A stretch of 64,000 nt of DNA from Dehalococcoidia bacterium. GTDB lineage: Bacteria; Chloroflexota; Dehalococcoidia; UBA2979. Location of the stretch: positions 832,001 to 896,000 of the forward strand of contig CAXXDN010000001.1 in NCBI GenBank assembly GCA_963667465.2. Direction: 5' to 3'. Each line of letters begins with the position of its first letter. Position 1 is the first letter of the stretch. Below the pieces are notes generated by a model that made no database searches, was not told the origin of the DNA, and saw nothing but the letters and a program-made list of their open reading frames with translations. Made by a program: the position numbers and the translations under genes. This document shows, in pieces, positions 9,667 to 20,006 of the stretch.

Positions 9667-10602
9667 ATGGAGTACCGGAACCTCGGACGGTCGGGCCTGC
9701 AGGTCTCCGTCGTCGGGCTCGGCTGCAACAACTTCGGCATGCGCGCCGACTACGCGGCTACCGAGGCCGTTGTGCGCGCCTGCCTCGACAGCGGAATCAA
9801 CTTCTTCGACACGGCCGATATCTACGGCGGCGCGAAGTCCGAGGAGTTCCTCGGCAAGGCGCTCGGCGCGGATCGCCATGACGTGATCGTCGCCAGCAAG
9901 TGCGGCGTGCCCATGGGCGAGGGCCCGCTGCTGCGCGGCGCCTCGCGGCGCTACATCATGCAGGCCGTCGAGGCGAGCCTGCGCCGCCTCGGCACGGACT
10001 ACCTGGACCTCTACCAGATCCACTTCCCGGACCCGGACACCCCGCACGACGAGACGCTGCGCGCGCTCGACGACCTCGTGCGCTCGGGCAAGGTGCGCTA
10101 CATCGGGAACTCGAACTTCGCCGGCTGGGCGATCGCGGACTGCCACTGGATCTCGCGGCACCACCACCTCACCCCGTTCGTCTCCGCGCAGAACGAGTAC
10201 AGCCTGCTCAAGCGCGACATCGAGGCTGAGGTGCTCCCGGCCTGCGAGCAGTTCGGGCTCGGCATGCTGCCCTACTTCCCGCTCGCCAGCGGCCTGCTCA
10301 CCGGCAAGTACCGCCACGGCGAGGAGGCGCCCGAGGGCGCTCGCCTCTCCGACCAGCGCTTCGCCGGCCGCTTCGTCTTCGATCGCAACTGGGAGATCGT
10401 CGAGAAGCTCCGCACCTGGTGCGACGAAAACGGGCGCAGCATGCTGGAGGTCGCCTTCGGCTGGCTGCTCGCCAAGCCCTCGGTCAGCAGCGTGATCGCG
10501 GGCGCGACGAAGCCGGAGCAGGTCGTCTCGAACGCCGCCGCCGGCGAGGTGCAGCTGAGCGCCGAGGAAGTGGCCGCGATCAGCGAGCTCGCGCCGGCGT
10601 AG
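9667..10602 (+). CDS. Aldo/keto reductase
   Basis: MEYRNLGRSGLQVS..GLGCNNFG, FDTADIYG, SLRRLGTDYLDLYQIH, PYFPLASGLLTGKY. Confidence 0.96.
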   Translation: MEYRNLGRSGLQVSVVGLGCNNFGMRADYAATEAVVRACLDSGINFFDTADIYGGAKSEEFLGKALGADRHDVIVASKCGVPMGEGPLLRGASRRYIMQAVEASLRRLGTDYLDLYQIHFPDPDTPHDETLRALDDLVRSGKVRYIGNSNFAGWAIADCHWISRHHHLTPFVSAQNEYSLLKRDIEAEVLPACEQFGLGMLPYFPLASGLLTGKYRHGEEAPEGARLSDQRFAGRFVFDRNWEIVEKLRTWCDENGRSMLEVAFGWLLAKPSVSSVIAGATKPEQVVSNAAAGEVQLSAEEVAAISELAPA

Positions 10603-10714
10603 CCCGCCCCGCAAGACGCTCCCTTGCTACCATGACGCTACGCCGCGAAGCCGGCGATCACAGCGAACACACATGCCCACGGCTCGCGCCCTGCGGCAGT
10701 GAGAGGATCCGACG

Positions 10715-11827
10715 ATGAGCGACGACCCCCTGTTCACCCGGCTCTGCCAGGAGTACGGCTGCGAGTACCCGATTGTCTCCTTCGCGCACACGCGCGACGT
10801 GGCCGCCGCGGTCAGCAACGCCGGCGGCATCGGCATGCTCGGCGCCAGCACGCACACGATCGAGGAGATGCAGAACGATATCCGCTGGATCAAGGAGCAG
10901 GTGGGCGACAAGCCGTTCGGCGTCGACATCACCATCCCCTCCTCCTACGTGCGCGGCAACCTCGAGGAGCTCGAGGCGCAGATCCCGCAGCAGCACCGCG
11001 AGTTCATGGACGGGCTGATGCGGGACAACAACATCCCGGAGCCGACCACGCCCGGCCCCTGGGGCGCGCAGCGCCTGCAGGGCCTGGCCGACACGCGCGG
11101 CAAGCTCGAGATCATGATGGAGGAGCAGATCCCGATCTTCGCCTCCGGCCTCGGCAGCCCCGCCTTCATCCTCGACGAGATGCACGACGCCGGGGTGAAG
11201 GTCTGGGGCCTGATCGGCATGGCGCGGCAGGCGCAGCGTGAGCTCGACGCCGGACTCGACCTGCTGATTGCGCAGGGCCAGGACTCGGCCGGCCACACCG
11301 GGCGGATCGGCACCTTCTCGATCATCCCGGAGGTCGCCGAGCTCGCGAGGGCGCACGACACGCCGATCCTCGCCGCGGGCGGGATCACCACCGGCCAGCA
11401 CATCGTGGCGGCGATTGTCCTCGGGGCGGTCGGCGTCTGGACAGGCACGATCTGGCAGGCGACGCACGAGTCGGCGACGGAGATGTGGGCGAAGCAGAAA
11501 CTGCTCGACGCGAAGGCGCAGGACGCCTGGGTCAACGAGGCGGACGACGGCAAGCGCAACCGCGCGGTGCGCAGCCGCTTCAAGGAGGCCTGGGAGCAGG
11601 CGGACGCCCCGCCCTACCTGCCGATGCCGCTGCAGGGCCTGCTGGTCGGCAAGATCAAGCAGGCCGCCGAGGACCACAAGCTGTACGACTGGATCAGTCC
11701 GCCCGCGGGGCAGGGCGTCGGCTTCATCCGCGAGCTCAAGCCCGCGCGCCAGGTCGTGATGGACATGATGGAAGAGGCCTACGACGCCGTCGACGGCCTC
11801 CAGCTCGGTGACGCCGTCGGCGCGTAG
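10715..11827 (+). CDS. Nitronate monooxygenase / 2-nitropropane dioxygenase family flavoprotein
   Basis: VSNAGGIGMLG, AQGQDSAGHTG, LAAGGI, GVWTGT. Confidence 0.9.
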   Translation: MSDDPLFTRLCQEYGCEYPIVSFAHTRDVAAAVSNAGGIGMLGASTHTIEEMQNDIRWIKEQVGDKPFGVDITIPSSYVRGNLEELEAQIPQQHREFMDGLMRDNNIPEPTTPGPWGAQRLQGLADTRGKLEIMMEEQIPIFASGLGSPAFILDEMHDAGVKVWGLIGMARQAQRELDAGLDLLIAQGQDSAGHTGRIGTFSIIPEVAELARAHDTPILAAGGITTGQHIVAAIVLGAVGVWTGTIWQATHESATEMWAKQKLLDAKAQDAWVNEADDGKRNRAVRSRFKEAWEQADAPPYLPMPLQGLLVGKIKQAAEDHKLYDWISPPAGQGVGFIRELKPARQVVMDMMEEAYDAVDGLQLGDAVGA

Positions 11828-11921
11828 CACGCCTCCGGTCCTCGCGCCGGCCGGCCCGGCGCTTCGCCCCTTCGCGTAGGATGCGCCCGCATCCGAACCG
11901 TCGACGCGCAGGAGGTGAGTC

Positions 11922-12896
11922 ATGCCAGAGGCCCCGTCGCAGGAAGAGGTGCTCTCGTACTTCGATACGCTCAGCAACTGGGGACGCTGGGGTGACGACG
12001 ACACCCTCGGCACGCTCAACCTGATCACGGACGAGAAACGCAGGCAGGCCGCCGCGCTCGTCGAGGACGGCGTCAGCATCTCCTGCTCGCGGCTGATCCC
12101 CTGGGGCGGGCCGCAGCTCGGCGGTGGCAACCCGACCATCGACATGGCGCAGAGCGGCGAGCGCTACGCCCTCGGCGACAACCCCGAGGACCCGGCGCTG
12201 CCGGGCGTCGAGCCGCTGCAGTGGGCCGGCGAGCGCCTCAGCTTCGCCTTCCACGGCAGCATCTTCACGCACATCGACGGCCTCGCCCACGTCTTCTTCG
12301 ACGGCAAGATGTACAACGGCCGCTCGGCCGGCCTCGTCAAGACCTCGGAGGGCGCGCTCGAGCAGACCTCCGAGGTGATGCGCGACGGCATCATGACGCG
12401 CGGCGTGCTGCTCGACGTCGCCCGCGCGCTCGGCGAGGACCCGCTCCCGATGGCCCCCGGCGTCTACCCGGAGGACCTCGAGGCGGCGGAGGAGGCGCAG
12501 GGCGTGCGCGTCGAGGAAGGCGACGTCGTGCTGCTGCGGACCGGTTACGGCGCGCAGCACGAGGCGGCGATCCTCGCGGGCACGGAGCCGCCGCACGAGC
12601 ACTCCGGCTACCACGCGGCGACGCTGCCCTGGCTGCACGAGCGCGGGGCAGCGGTGATCGGCTCCGACGTGACCACGGACACGCGCCACCGCGACGAGCA
12701 CTACACGCGGACGCGCATGCCCGTGCACCAGGTCGCCCTCGTGGCGATGGGCTTGCGGTTGATCGACAACGCCCACCTCGAGCGCCTCGCGGAGGCCTGC
12801 GCGGAGCGCGGCCGCTGGGAGTTCTGCTTCACGCTCAACCCGCTGCGCTTCGAGCGCGGCACCGGCTCCCCCGCCAACCCGATCGCGACGTTCTGA
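11922..12896 (+). CDS. Cyclase family (kynurenine formamidase-like) metal-dependent hydrolase
   Basis: NWGRWGDDDTLGTLNLIT, HGSIFTHIDGLAH, GDVVLLRTG, GTGSPANPIA. Confidence 0.92.
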   Translation: MPEAPSQEEVLSYFDTLSNWGRWGDDDTLGTLNLITDEKRRQAAALVEDGVSISCSRLIPWGGPQLGGGNPTIDMAQSGERYALGDNPEDPALPGVEPLQWAGERLSFAFHGSIFTHIDGLAHVFFDGKMYNGRSAGLVKTSEGALEQTSEVMRDGIMTRGVLLDVARALGEDPLPMAPGVYPEDLEAAEEAQGVRVEEGDVVLLRTGYGAQHEAAILAGTEPPHEHSGYHAATLPWLHERGAAVIGSDVTTDTRHRDEHYTRTRMPVHQVALVAMGLRLIDNAHLERLAEACAERGRWEFCFTLNPLRFERGTGSPANPIATF

Positions 12897-12929
12897 GGGA
12901 GGGGCGCGGGTCACGGAGCGCGGTCGGCC

Positions 12930-13415
12930 TTACCGTCTTGAGGCGTTCGACAGGATGCTGTCGGCGAACTCGGCGGGGTCGGACGGGCTGATGTAGTAGG
13001 TCGCTCCCGATTCCAGCGTGATCCGGAGGCCATCGGTGAGGCGGTTCGCCAGGCCTCGCCCGCCTCCCCAGCCGAGGACGCGCGGGATGAAACCGACACG
13101 CTCGACGGTTGCCACGGTGCTGCACGGGATCTCGGCCCTGATGACGAAACCCGACCGGAGACGGAGCGTACGGTTCGAGAGTTCGTAGCGCGTGCGGAGA
13201 GCCGCGTGCAGGGGGACCAGCACCAGTCCCCCCAGCGGGATAACGAACAGCATGACTGCCGCGATTTGCTCGATGCGCCCGGCGCCACGCAGCTCCAGCG
13301 CCAGCACTACGAACGTCACGCAGGTACCAGCGATGAGCCCGAACAGAAGCGCGAGGTATCCGGTTCCGGGGGACGGTCGGTCGAGCACGCGGCGCTCCAC
13401 TCTGCCGGCAGTCAT
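12930..13415 (-). CDS. Membrane protein with bacterial PH-like domain
   Basis: Two TM helices followed by TRYELSNRTLRLRSG...YYISPSDPAEF. Confidence 0.65.
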   Translation of the reverse strand: MTAGRVERRVLDRPSPGTGYLALLFGLIAGTCVTFVVLALELRGAGRIEQIAAVMLFVIPLGGLVLVPLHAALRTRYELSNRTLRLRSGFVIRAEIPCSTVATVERVGFIPRVLGWGGGRGLANRLTDGLRITLESGATYYISPSDPAEFADSILSNASRR

Positions 13416-13422
13416 GCACCCC

Positions 13423-13989
13423 TCAGCCGCTGTACGTCCAGCCGGTGTAGAGCGAGGTCAGCGGCTCGGCGCTGACGAGGACCTCGCCGTCGAGCACGCG
13501 GCCGATCACGAGCACGTGGTCTCCGGCCTCGACGAACTGCTCCGCCTCGCATTCGAGCCAGGCGAGGGCGTCCTCCAGCACCGGGCAGCCGGAGTCGCGC
13601 AGCCAGTGCTCGACGCCGGCGAGCTTGTGGTGGCGCTGCGCCGCCGCCTCGTCGCTGCGGCCCTTGATCTTCGAGGCGTCGTAGGGCTGCAGGAACTGAC
13701 GGGCCAGCTCCATGCTGCCCGGCTCCTCGGTCAGCAGGTTGACGGTGAAGACGCCGTTGGCGCGGATCCGCGAGAGGCTGCGCGAGTCGTCCTCGAAGGC
13801 GACGGCGACGAGCCGCGGCTCGAACGAGACCTGCATCACCCAGTCCGCGATCATCCCGTTCGGTTCTCCGTTCTCGACGGACCCGACGATGTAGATGCCG
13901 TAGGGGAACTCGTGCATCACCTGCTCGACGGGGTCGATCTCGACCTTGCCGGGGACGTCCGGGGGGAGCGGTGGGGGTTGGGCGCTCAT
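13423..13989 (-). CDS. Flavin reductase-like protein
   Basis: FPYGIYIVGS, WVMQVSFEP, GCPVLEDALAWLEC, GDHVLVIGRV; ATG after GGAG (alternative GTG 14004). Confidence 0.9.
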   Translation of the reverse strand: MSAQPPPLPPDVPGKVEIDPVEQVMHEFPYGIYIVGSVENGEPNGMIADWVMQVSFEPRLVAVAFEDDSRSLSRIRANGVFTVNLLTEEPGSMELARQFLQPYDASKIKGRSDEAAAQRHHKLAGVEHWLRDSGCPVLEDALAWLECEAEQFVEAGDHVLVIGRVLDGEVLVSAEPLTSLYTGWTYSG

Positions 13990-14058
13990 CGCTGCTCCTG
14001 CCACTGCTGCGGTTCGCTTCCACGATAGCGCCGGAGCCGCGCTGGCGCGCGGCGTCCC

Positions 14059-14290
14059 GCTCTCTCCCCTCGCGGGAGAGGGCGGCCGGCTGCCCTCGGC
14101 CGGCGGGAGCCGGATCTCCTTCCGATCCCCTCTCCCCCTGGCGGGAGAGGGTTAGGGTGAGGGGGACTCCGGCGCAGCCGGAGCGCGCGCGCCTCGAGGA
14201 CTGTTGCGCCGCCGCAGGCTCCTCCCCCGGCGGGCGTCGGACCCCCTCACCCCCGCCCTCTCCCCTCGCGGGAGAGGGGGCCGGAGAGTG
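14059..14290. repeat. BIME-like composite of family A REP units
   Basis: Three CTCTCCCC..GGGAGAGGG hairpins; about 14101-14286 closely resembles 30627-30812, including the linker. Confidence 0.85.
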
Positions 14291-14364
14291 GGCCCCGCCG
14301 CCGCCCGACTGGAATCCGGCATCGGAGGGCGGTGCGCCCTCGGAGCGGCGCGGCGCGCCGGGCG

Positions 14365-15717
14365 TTACCAGCGGAAGCCGGTTGGGGCGCCGCCGGGGCG
14401 GCGGCGTTCGAGCTCCAGCACGAACTCCTGGAACCAGCGGCCCGCCGTCGTGAGGTCGACCGTCGTGCGCAGCACGGCCGCGCGGCGCGAGCGCTCGTCC
14501 CGCGGCATCTGCAGCGCGCGCTCGAGCGCCTCCTCGATCGAGCCGACGTCGGTCGCGCGCACGGGCAGGGCCCCCGTCAGTTGCGAGGCCGCCCCGCAGG
14601 TGTCGGACAGCACGAGGACGCCGGGGTGCTCGGCGGAGTGGACGGCCGCGAACTCCTTGGCGACGAGGTTCATGCCGTCGGCGAGCGAGGTGACCACGCA
14701 GATGTCGGCCGCCTCAAGGCCGGCGGCCACCTCGTCGGGCGGGTGCGAGGTGAGGTCCAGCTCGACGGGGTGCGGCTCGCCGAAGCGCGCGTTGATGCGC
14801 TCGGCCACCTCGATCACCGCGGCGCGCTCGGCCTGGTACTCCGGCACGTTGCCGCGCGAGGGCGCGGCCCACTGCACGAAGCGCGCCTCGCGCCGCCAGC
14901 GCGCGTCGCGCAGCAACAGCCGCTCGAACGCCTCGAGGCGCTGGCGGATGCCCTTCGTGTAGTCGAGCCGGTCGACGCCGAAGAGGATCTGGCGCTCGTC
15001 ACCCTCGCGGGCGAGGGGGTCGGAGCCGTAGGAGGCGGCGAACTGGCGGAAGCGCTGCGGGTCGATGCCGACCGGGTGCGCGGAGATGTGCTCGCCGTGA
15101 TCGGCGGGCAGCAGCGTGCGCAGTTGATCGCGGTCGCGCGGCGTTTGCGTGCCGATCAGTTCGTAGGCGGTGAACGAGGCGGCGAGCGCCTCGTGGTTGG
15201 GGATCGCCTCCCAGTGCTCGCCAGGCGGGACCGGGACGTGGTGGAAGTAGCCGAGCGGCCCGCGCCAACCGAGCCGCTGCAGCTCCTGGCCGAGCGGGAT
15301 CAGCTGGTAGTCGTGTACCCAGATGAGGTCGTCGGCCGCGAGCAGCGGCACGAGCGCGAGAGCGAAGCGGCGGTTCGCCGTGCGGTAAGTCGAGTATTCG
15401 AGATGCAGGCTCGTCGCCTGCTCGGCGAGGCCGTGCAGGCGGGGCCAGAGCGTGCGATTGCAGAAGCCCTCGTAGAAGTCCGCGATCTCCTGCGCGGGCA
15501 GATCGATGGTGACATAATCGATGTCGCTCGTAACCGTGCGCTGCGGCGGGGTGTTCGGGTCGCCGGCCTCCCCGCTCCAGCCGAACCAGATGCCGCCGAC
15601 TGCGGCGAGTGGCGGCAAGAGCGCGGAAACGAGGCCGCCCGCCGGCCAGGGCGCGCCCTCGGCGGGCGGGGGCGGCACCCGGTTGGAGGCGATGACCACG
15701 CGCCGGCGGCCGTTCAC
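14365..15717 (-). CDS. otsA: Trehalose-6-phosphate synthase
   Basis: VIASNRVP, AGGLVSAL, WFGWSG, FYEGFCNRTLWP, WVHDYQL, GVDRLDYTKGI, DGMNLVAKE; GTG start overlaps the otsB stop (GTGA). Confidence 0.95.
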   Translation of the reverse strand: MNGRRRVVIASNRVPPPPAEGAPWPAGGLVSALLPPLAAVGGIWFGWSGEAGDPNTPPQRTVTSDIDYVTIDLPAQEIADFYEGFCNRTLWPRLHGLAEQATSLHLEYSTYRTANRRFALALVPLLAADDLIWVHDYQLIPLGQELQRLGWRGPLGYFHHVPVPPGEHWEAIPNHEALAASFTAYELIGTQTPRDRDQLRTLLPADHGEHISAHPVGIDPQRFRQFAASYGSDPLAREGDERQILFGVDRLDYTKGIRQRLEAFERLLLRDARWRREARFVQWAAPSRGNVPEYQAERAAVIEVAERINARFGEPHPVELDLTSHPPDEVAAGLEAADICVVTSLADGMNLVAKEFAAVHSAEHPGVLVLSDTCGAASQLTGALPVRATDVGSIEEALERALQMPRDERSRRAAVLRTTVDLTTAGRWFQEFVLELERRRPGGAPTGFRW

Positions 15718-16535
15718 TGTTTGCCTGCCGCCTCGCGAGCGCGGCGCAGCCACTCGCGCAGGAGGGCTGCCACCGCCGGGGGCGCGATGACGTGCGCGGC
15801 GGCCGTCTCGCGCGGCTGGTCCGCGACGAGCACGGCGAGGCCGCGGCCGGCGATCGCGCGGAAGGCGTCCTCGTCCGTCTCGTCATCGCCGAGGTAGCAG
15901 GCGGGCGCGCCCTCGGGCAGCTCCGCCAGCAACTCGCGCAGTACGTCGCCCTTGCTGCGCCCGGCGCAGCGCAGCTCGATGCCGCCGTCGAAGCGCCGCA
16001 GGTCGAGCCCATGCTCCGCCGCGAGGTCGCGCCAGCGCGGCTCGGCGCTCGCGATCAACGCCGCGCCCCCGGCGGCCTCGAGGCCGCGCACGTGCAGGGC
16101 GATGCTCGCGGACTTGCGCTCCAGACGCGCCGCCGCCAGCTCGCCGGCGAGGCGCTGCCACTCGGCCTCGAGGACGGCGGCGGCGCGCGGCGGCGGCGCA
16201 TGGTCGGCGCGGCGACCGTCCGGCAGGCGGCGCTCCCAGCCATGCACGCCGAACAGTTCCGGCAACGGATCGAGGTCGATCAGCGCCTCCAGTTCGGCGA
16301 TCGGCCGTCCGGAGACGATCGTGACGCGAGTTGCCTTGCAGCCCGCCAGCGCGGCGAGCAGTGCGCGCAACTCGTCCGGCATGCGCGCCTCGGAGCGTTC
16401 GCTGCGGAAGGGCGCGAGCGTGCCGTCGTAGTCGAGCGCAAGCAGGCTCGGGCCGCCCGCGACGGCGCGCAGTCCGGAGCGGAGCGAGGGGCTGAGCGTG
16501 GGTTGGAGTGCGCGATCGGATGAGGTGGTCGTCAT
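15714..16535 (-). CDS. otsB: Trehalose-6-phosphate phosphatase
   Basis: LDYDGTLAPF, VSGR, GVHGWE, SKG, YLGDDETDEDAF HAD motifs; adjacent to otsA. Confidence 0.93.
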   Translation of the reverse strand: MTTTSSDRALQPTLSPSLRSGLRAVAGGPSLLALDYDGTLAPFRSERSEARMPDELRALLAALAGCKATRVTIVSGRPIAELEALIDLDPLPELFGVHGWERRLPDGRRADHAPPPRAAAVLEAEWQRLAGELAAARLERKSASIALHVRGLEAAGGAALIASAEPRWRDLAAEHGLDLRRFDGGIELRCAGRSKGDVLRELLAELPEGAPACYLGDDETDEDAFRAIAGRGLAVLVADQPRETAAAHVIAPPAVAALLREWLRRAREAAGKQ

Positions 16536-16718
16536 CGTATCGAGGCGCCTCCACCACGTCTGACCGTAGCGCCCGCGCGCGCGGGCGGCAATCGCATGGC
16601 TGTCGCAGGTGACGCTGTTGCGCGTAAGTCGCCGCGCCGGTGATCTGCGCACGGGCGCATGTCGCGGCGGCGGTGAGACCGCCCGGACGGTCCGCCCGGA
16701 AAGCGGGGCGTCGCCAGC

Positions 16719-18140
16719 ATGGTCGAGCCGCACGAGGTTGCAGTCCCCGACCGCTCGTTCAGCCTGCTCGAGGGCGTGATCGGTGCGGAGGCGGTCGCGG
16801 CCGCCCGCGATCGCGCGGCGGCGTTGCGCGAACACCTCGACGGGCGCGTCGTCTGGAACATCAACTCCACCGCGACGGGCGGCGGGGTCGCGGAGATGCT
16901 GCCCTCGCTGATCGGCTACGCGCGCGACCTCGGCGTGCAGACGAGCTGGCTGGTGATCGAGGGCGTCGCACCGTTCTTCACCCTCACCAAGCGGCTGCAT
17001 CACGCCCTGCACGGCGCGGCGGGCGACGGCAGCCCGCTCGGCGAGGCCGAGCGCGCGGTCTACGAACAGGTCGCCGCGGAGAACGCCGCGGGCGTGCTCG
17101 CCCACGTCGGCCCTCGCGACATCGTGATCCTGCACGACCCGCAGACGGCGGGCCTCGCGCCGCACCTGGCGCGCGCCGGAATCCCCTCGATCTGGCGCTG
17201 TCACATCGGCAGCGACGCCGCGAACGAGGAGGTCGAGCGCGGCTGGGGCTTCCTCGCGCCGTACCTGGAGCCGGTCGACGCCTTCGTCTTCACGCGCCAG
17301 GCCTACGTCCCCTCGCTCGCCTCGGGCCGCGAGGTGATGCTGATTCCGCCCTCGCTCGACCCGCTGACCGCGAAGAACGAGGATTTGGACGCTGAGATGG
17401 TGCGCGCCGTGCTCGCGCACACGGGGCTGATCGCGGGCGAGTCGGGCAGTGCGGTGCGCTTCGCCGGCCAGGACGGATCGCCTCGGCAGGTCGAACGGCG
17501 CGCCGAGGTGGTGCGCTCCGGCCCGCCGCCCGCCGCCGACGTACCGCTGGCGGTGCAGGTCTCGCGCTGGGATCCGCTCAAGGACCCGATCGGCGTGATG
17601 CAGGGCTTCGCCGCGATCGCCGCGGAGACCGACGCCCAGCTCATGCTGGCCGGGCCGAACACCAGCGGCGTCGCCGACGACCCCGAGGCGGCGCACGTCC
17701 TCGAGGCGACGATCGCCGTCTGGCGCGGGCTGCCGGATGCGGTGCGTGACCGCATCCACCTCGTCTCGCTGCCGACCGACGACGTCGAGGAGAACGCGGT
17801 GATGGTCAACGCGCTGCAGCGTCACGCCGCGGTGATCGTGCAGAAGAGCCTGCAGGAGGGCTTCGGCCTGACCGTCACCGAGGCGATGTGGAAGGGCCGC
17901 CCGCTGCTCGCGAGCGCCGTCGGCGGCATCCAGGACCAGATCGAGGACGGCCGCGACGGCGCGCTCCTCGCCGACCCGTCAGACCTCGCGGCCTACGGTG
18001 CGCGGCTGCGCGAGTTGCTGGCGCAGCCGAAGCGCGCGGATGCGCTCGGCCGCCAGGCGCGCGAGACGGTGCGGGAGCGCTACCTCAGCGTGCGCCACCT
18101 CGGTCAGTACGCAGACCTGATCGAGCGCCTCGAGGCGTAG
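16719..18140 (+). CDS. treT: Trehalose synthase TreT-like glycosyltransferase (GT4)
   Basis: INSTATGGGVAEML, LHDPQ, WRCHI, QVSRWDPLKDP, QKSLQEGFGLTVTEAMWK. Confidence 0.88.
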   Translation: MVEPHEVAVPDRSFSLLEGVIGAEAVAAARDRAAALREHLDGRVVWNINSTATGGGVAEMLPSLIGYARDLGVQTSWLVIEGVAPFFTLTKRLHHALHGAAGDGSPLGEAERAVYEQVAAENAAGVLAHVGPRDIVILHDPQTAGLAPHLARAGIPSIWRCHIGSDAANEEVERGWGFLAPYLEPVDAFVFTRQAYVPSLASGREVMLIPPSLDPLTAKNEDLDAEMVRAVLAHTGLIAGESGSAVRFAGQDGSPRQVERRAEVVRSGPPPAADVPLAVQVSRWDPLKDPIGVMQGFAAIAAETDAQLMLAGPNTSGVADDPEAAHVLEATIAVWRGLPDAVRDRIHLVSLPTDDVEENAVMVNALQRHAAVIVQKSLQEGFGLTVTEAMWKGRPLLASAVGGIQDQIEDGRDGALLADPSDLAAYGARLRELLAQPKRADALGRQARETVRERYLSVRHLGQYADLIERLEA

Positions 18141-18142
18141 CG

Positions 18143-18461
18143 ACGCGTCTTGCCTGTGGGGGCTGCGCCCCACGCCGCATCCCGGAGGAGCAGGCGCTGC
18201 GCGCCGCTCCGGCCCGCCCGCCCACCTGCCCTGGATTTCTTTCTCTGTGGGGGGCTATGCTACCCACGCCCCCCCTTGGTTCGCTGTCTCCCGATGGGGA
18301 GGGCACACGGTCGCACAAGTGATACACGCGATTGCTCCGGAGGCACGCCGCGTGCGCCGATCCCGGCGGGGGCGTGGGGGCGCAGCCCCCACACAGAAAG
18401 AAATCCGGGGTGGGTGGGCGGGTCCGAGCCGCGCGGAGCGCGTGCTCGTCCGGGATGGGGC
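18143..18461. repeat. Two inverted family B units (MITE-like arrangement)
   Basis: About 18143-18272 is a degenerate reverse complement of 18368-18461 and of 51802-51930. Confidence 0.75.
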
Positions 18462-18561
18462 TTCGGAACCCGCGAGGTCCCCTCGCGTCCGGAGGTCTCC
18501 TCGCGTCCGATCGAACAGCGCCCCCCCAAAGAGGGCGCGCGGGTGGGCTGGTCGCCCGCGT

Positions 18562-19878
18562 CTAGCTGCCGCGCTCCTCGATCGGGACGTAGCTGCGCAG
18601 CGTTTCGCCGGTGTAGATCTGGCGCGGGCGGTTGAGCTTGTTTCGCGGATCGGCGTGGTGCTCGCGCCAGTGGGCGAGCCAGCCGGGCATCCGTCCGAGG
18701 GCGAAGAACGGCGTGAAGCCGTTTGTCGGAATCCCCAGCGACTCGTAGATGATGCCGCTGTAGAAGTCGACGTTCGGATAGAGCTGCCGTGCGACGAAGT
18801 AGTCGTCACTGAGCGCAAGCTCCTCGAGCTCCATCGCGATCTCGAGCAGGCGCCGCGTCTCGCCGAGCTGGTCCATCACCTTGTGCGCGTGGTCCTTGAG
18901 GATCCTCGCGCGCGGGTCGAAGTTCTTGTAGACGCGGTGGCCGAAGCCCATCAGGCGCGTGGTGTCGTTGCTGTCCTTCGCCTTGTCCATGAAGACCCGG
19001 GCGCTGCCCTCGTTCTGTGCGATGTCGTGCAGCATCTCGATCACGGCCTGGTTCGCGCCGCCGTGGAGCGGCCCCCAGAGCGCCATGATCGCCGCCGAGG
19101 CCGAGGCGTAGATGTTCGCCCGCGAACTGCCCACCATCCGCATCGCGCTCGTCGAGCAGTTCTGCTCGTGATCGGCGTGCAGGATCAGCAGCGTCTCCAC
19201 GGCGCGCGTGAAGGTGTCGTTGACCTCGTACTCCTCGGTCGGCAGGCCGAACATCATGTAGAGCATGTTCTCGGCGTAGCTGAGGTCGTTGCGCGGGTAG
19301 TTGAAGGGGTGCCCCATCGCGTACTTGAAGGCCACCGCGCAGATCGTCGGCAGCTTGGCGATCAGCCGGTAGGTCGAGATCTCCACCTGCTCCGGGTCCA
19401 GCGGGTCCACCGAGTCCGGATAGAACGTAGAGAGCGCGCCGACCACCGCCGCGCTCACGGCCATCGGGTGCGCCGCCAGCGGGAACGCCCGGTACATGTG
19501 CCGGATGTCCTCATGCAGCAGCGTGTGGTTGGTGATTCGCCCCTCGAAGTACTCGAGCTGGGCCTTCGTCGGCAGGTCGCCATAGAGCAGCAGGTAGGCG
19601 GTCTCGATGAAGCTGCTGTGCTCCGCCAGCTGCTCGATCGGGTAGCCGCGGTAGCGCAGGACGCCCGCTTCGCCGTCGATGAAGGTGATGTCGCTGAGCG
19701 TGCTGCCGGTGTTCGCGTAGCCGAGATCGAGCGTGATCAGGCCGGTGTCGCTCCGCAGGGTGCTCACGTCGATCGCGCGCTCGCCCTCGCTGCCCTCGAT
19801 GATTGGCAGCTCCCAGGTTTGCCCGTCGATGGTCAGCGTTGCTACGTCAGAAGTTGCGGGCGCCTCAAGCGTCGTCAT
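18562..19878 (-). CDS. gltA: Citrate synthase (type II)
   Basis: ITFIDGEAGVLRYRGYPIEQL, ILHADHEQNCST, GPLHGGANQ, LMGFGHRVYKNFDPRA, YPNVDFYSG. Confidence 0.97.
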   Translation of the reverse strand: MTTLEAPATSDVATLTIDGQTWELPIIEGSEGERAIDVSTLRSDTGLITLDLGYANTGSTLSDITFIDGEAGVLRYRGYPIEQLAEHSSFIETAYLLLYGDLPTKAQLEYFEGRITNHTLLHEDIRHMYRAFPLAAHPMAVSAAVVGALSTFYPDSVDPLDPEQVEISTYRLIAKLPTICAVAFKYAMGHPFNYPRNDLSYAENMLYMMFGLPTEEYEVNDTFTRAVETLLILHADHEQNCSTSAMRMVGSSRANIYASASAAIMALWGPLHGGANQAVIEMLHDIAQNEGSARVFMDKAKDSNDTTRLMGFGHRVYKNFDPRARILKDHAHKVMDQLGETRRLLEIAMELEELALSDDYFVARQLYPNVDFYSGIIYESLGIPTNGFTPFFALGRMPGWLAHWREHHADPRNKLNRPRQIYTGETLRSYVPIEERGS

Positions 19879-20006
19879 CTCTCACCCCCAGCTATCGCAT
19901 GGCCGCCCGGCGCGCGGGACGGGCCCGGAGGCCCGCGGCGCTCGCGACCAGAATCCACCGCTACACAGTGTAGACGGTCCGCGTGATCGACGCGTTAATC
20001 GGGCTG

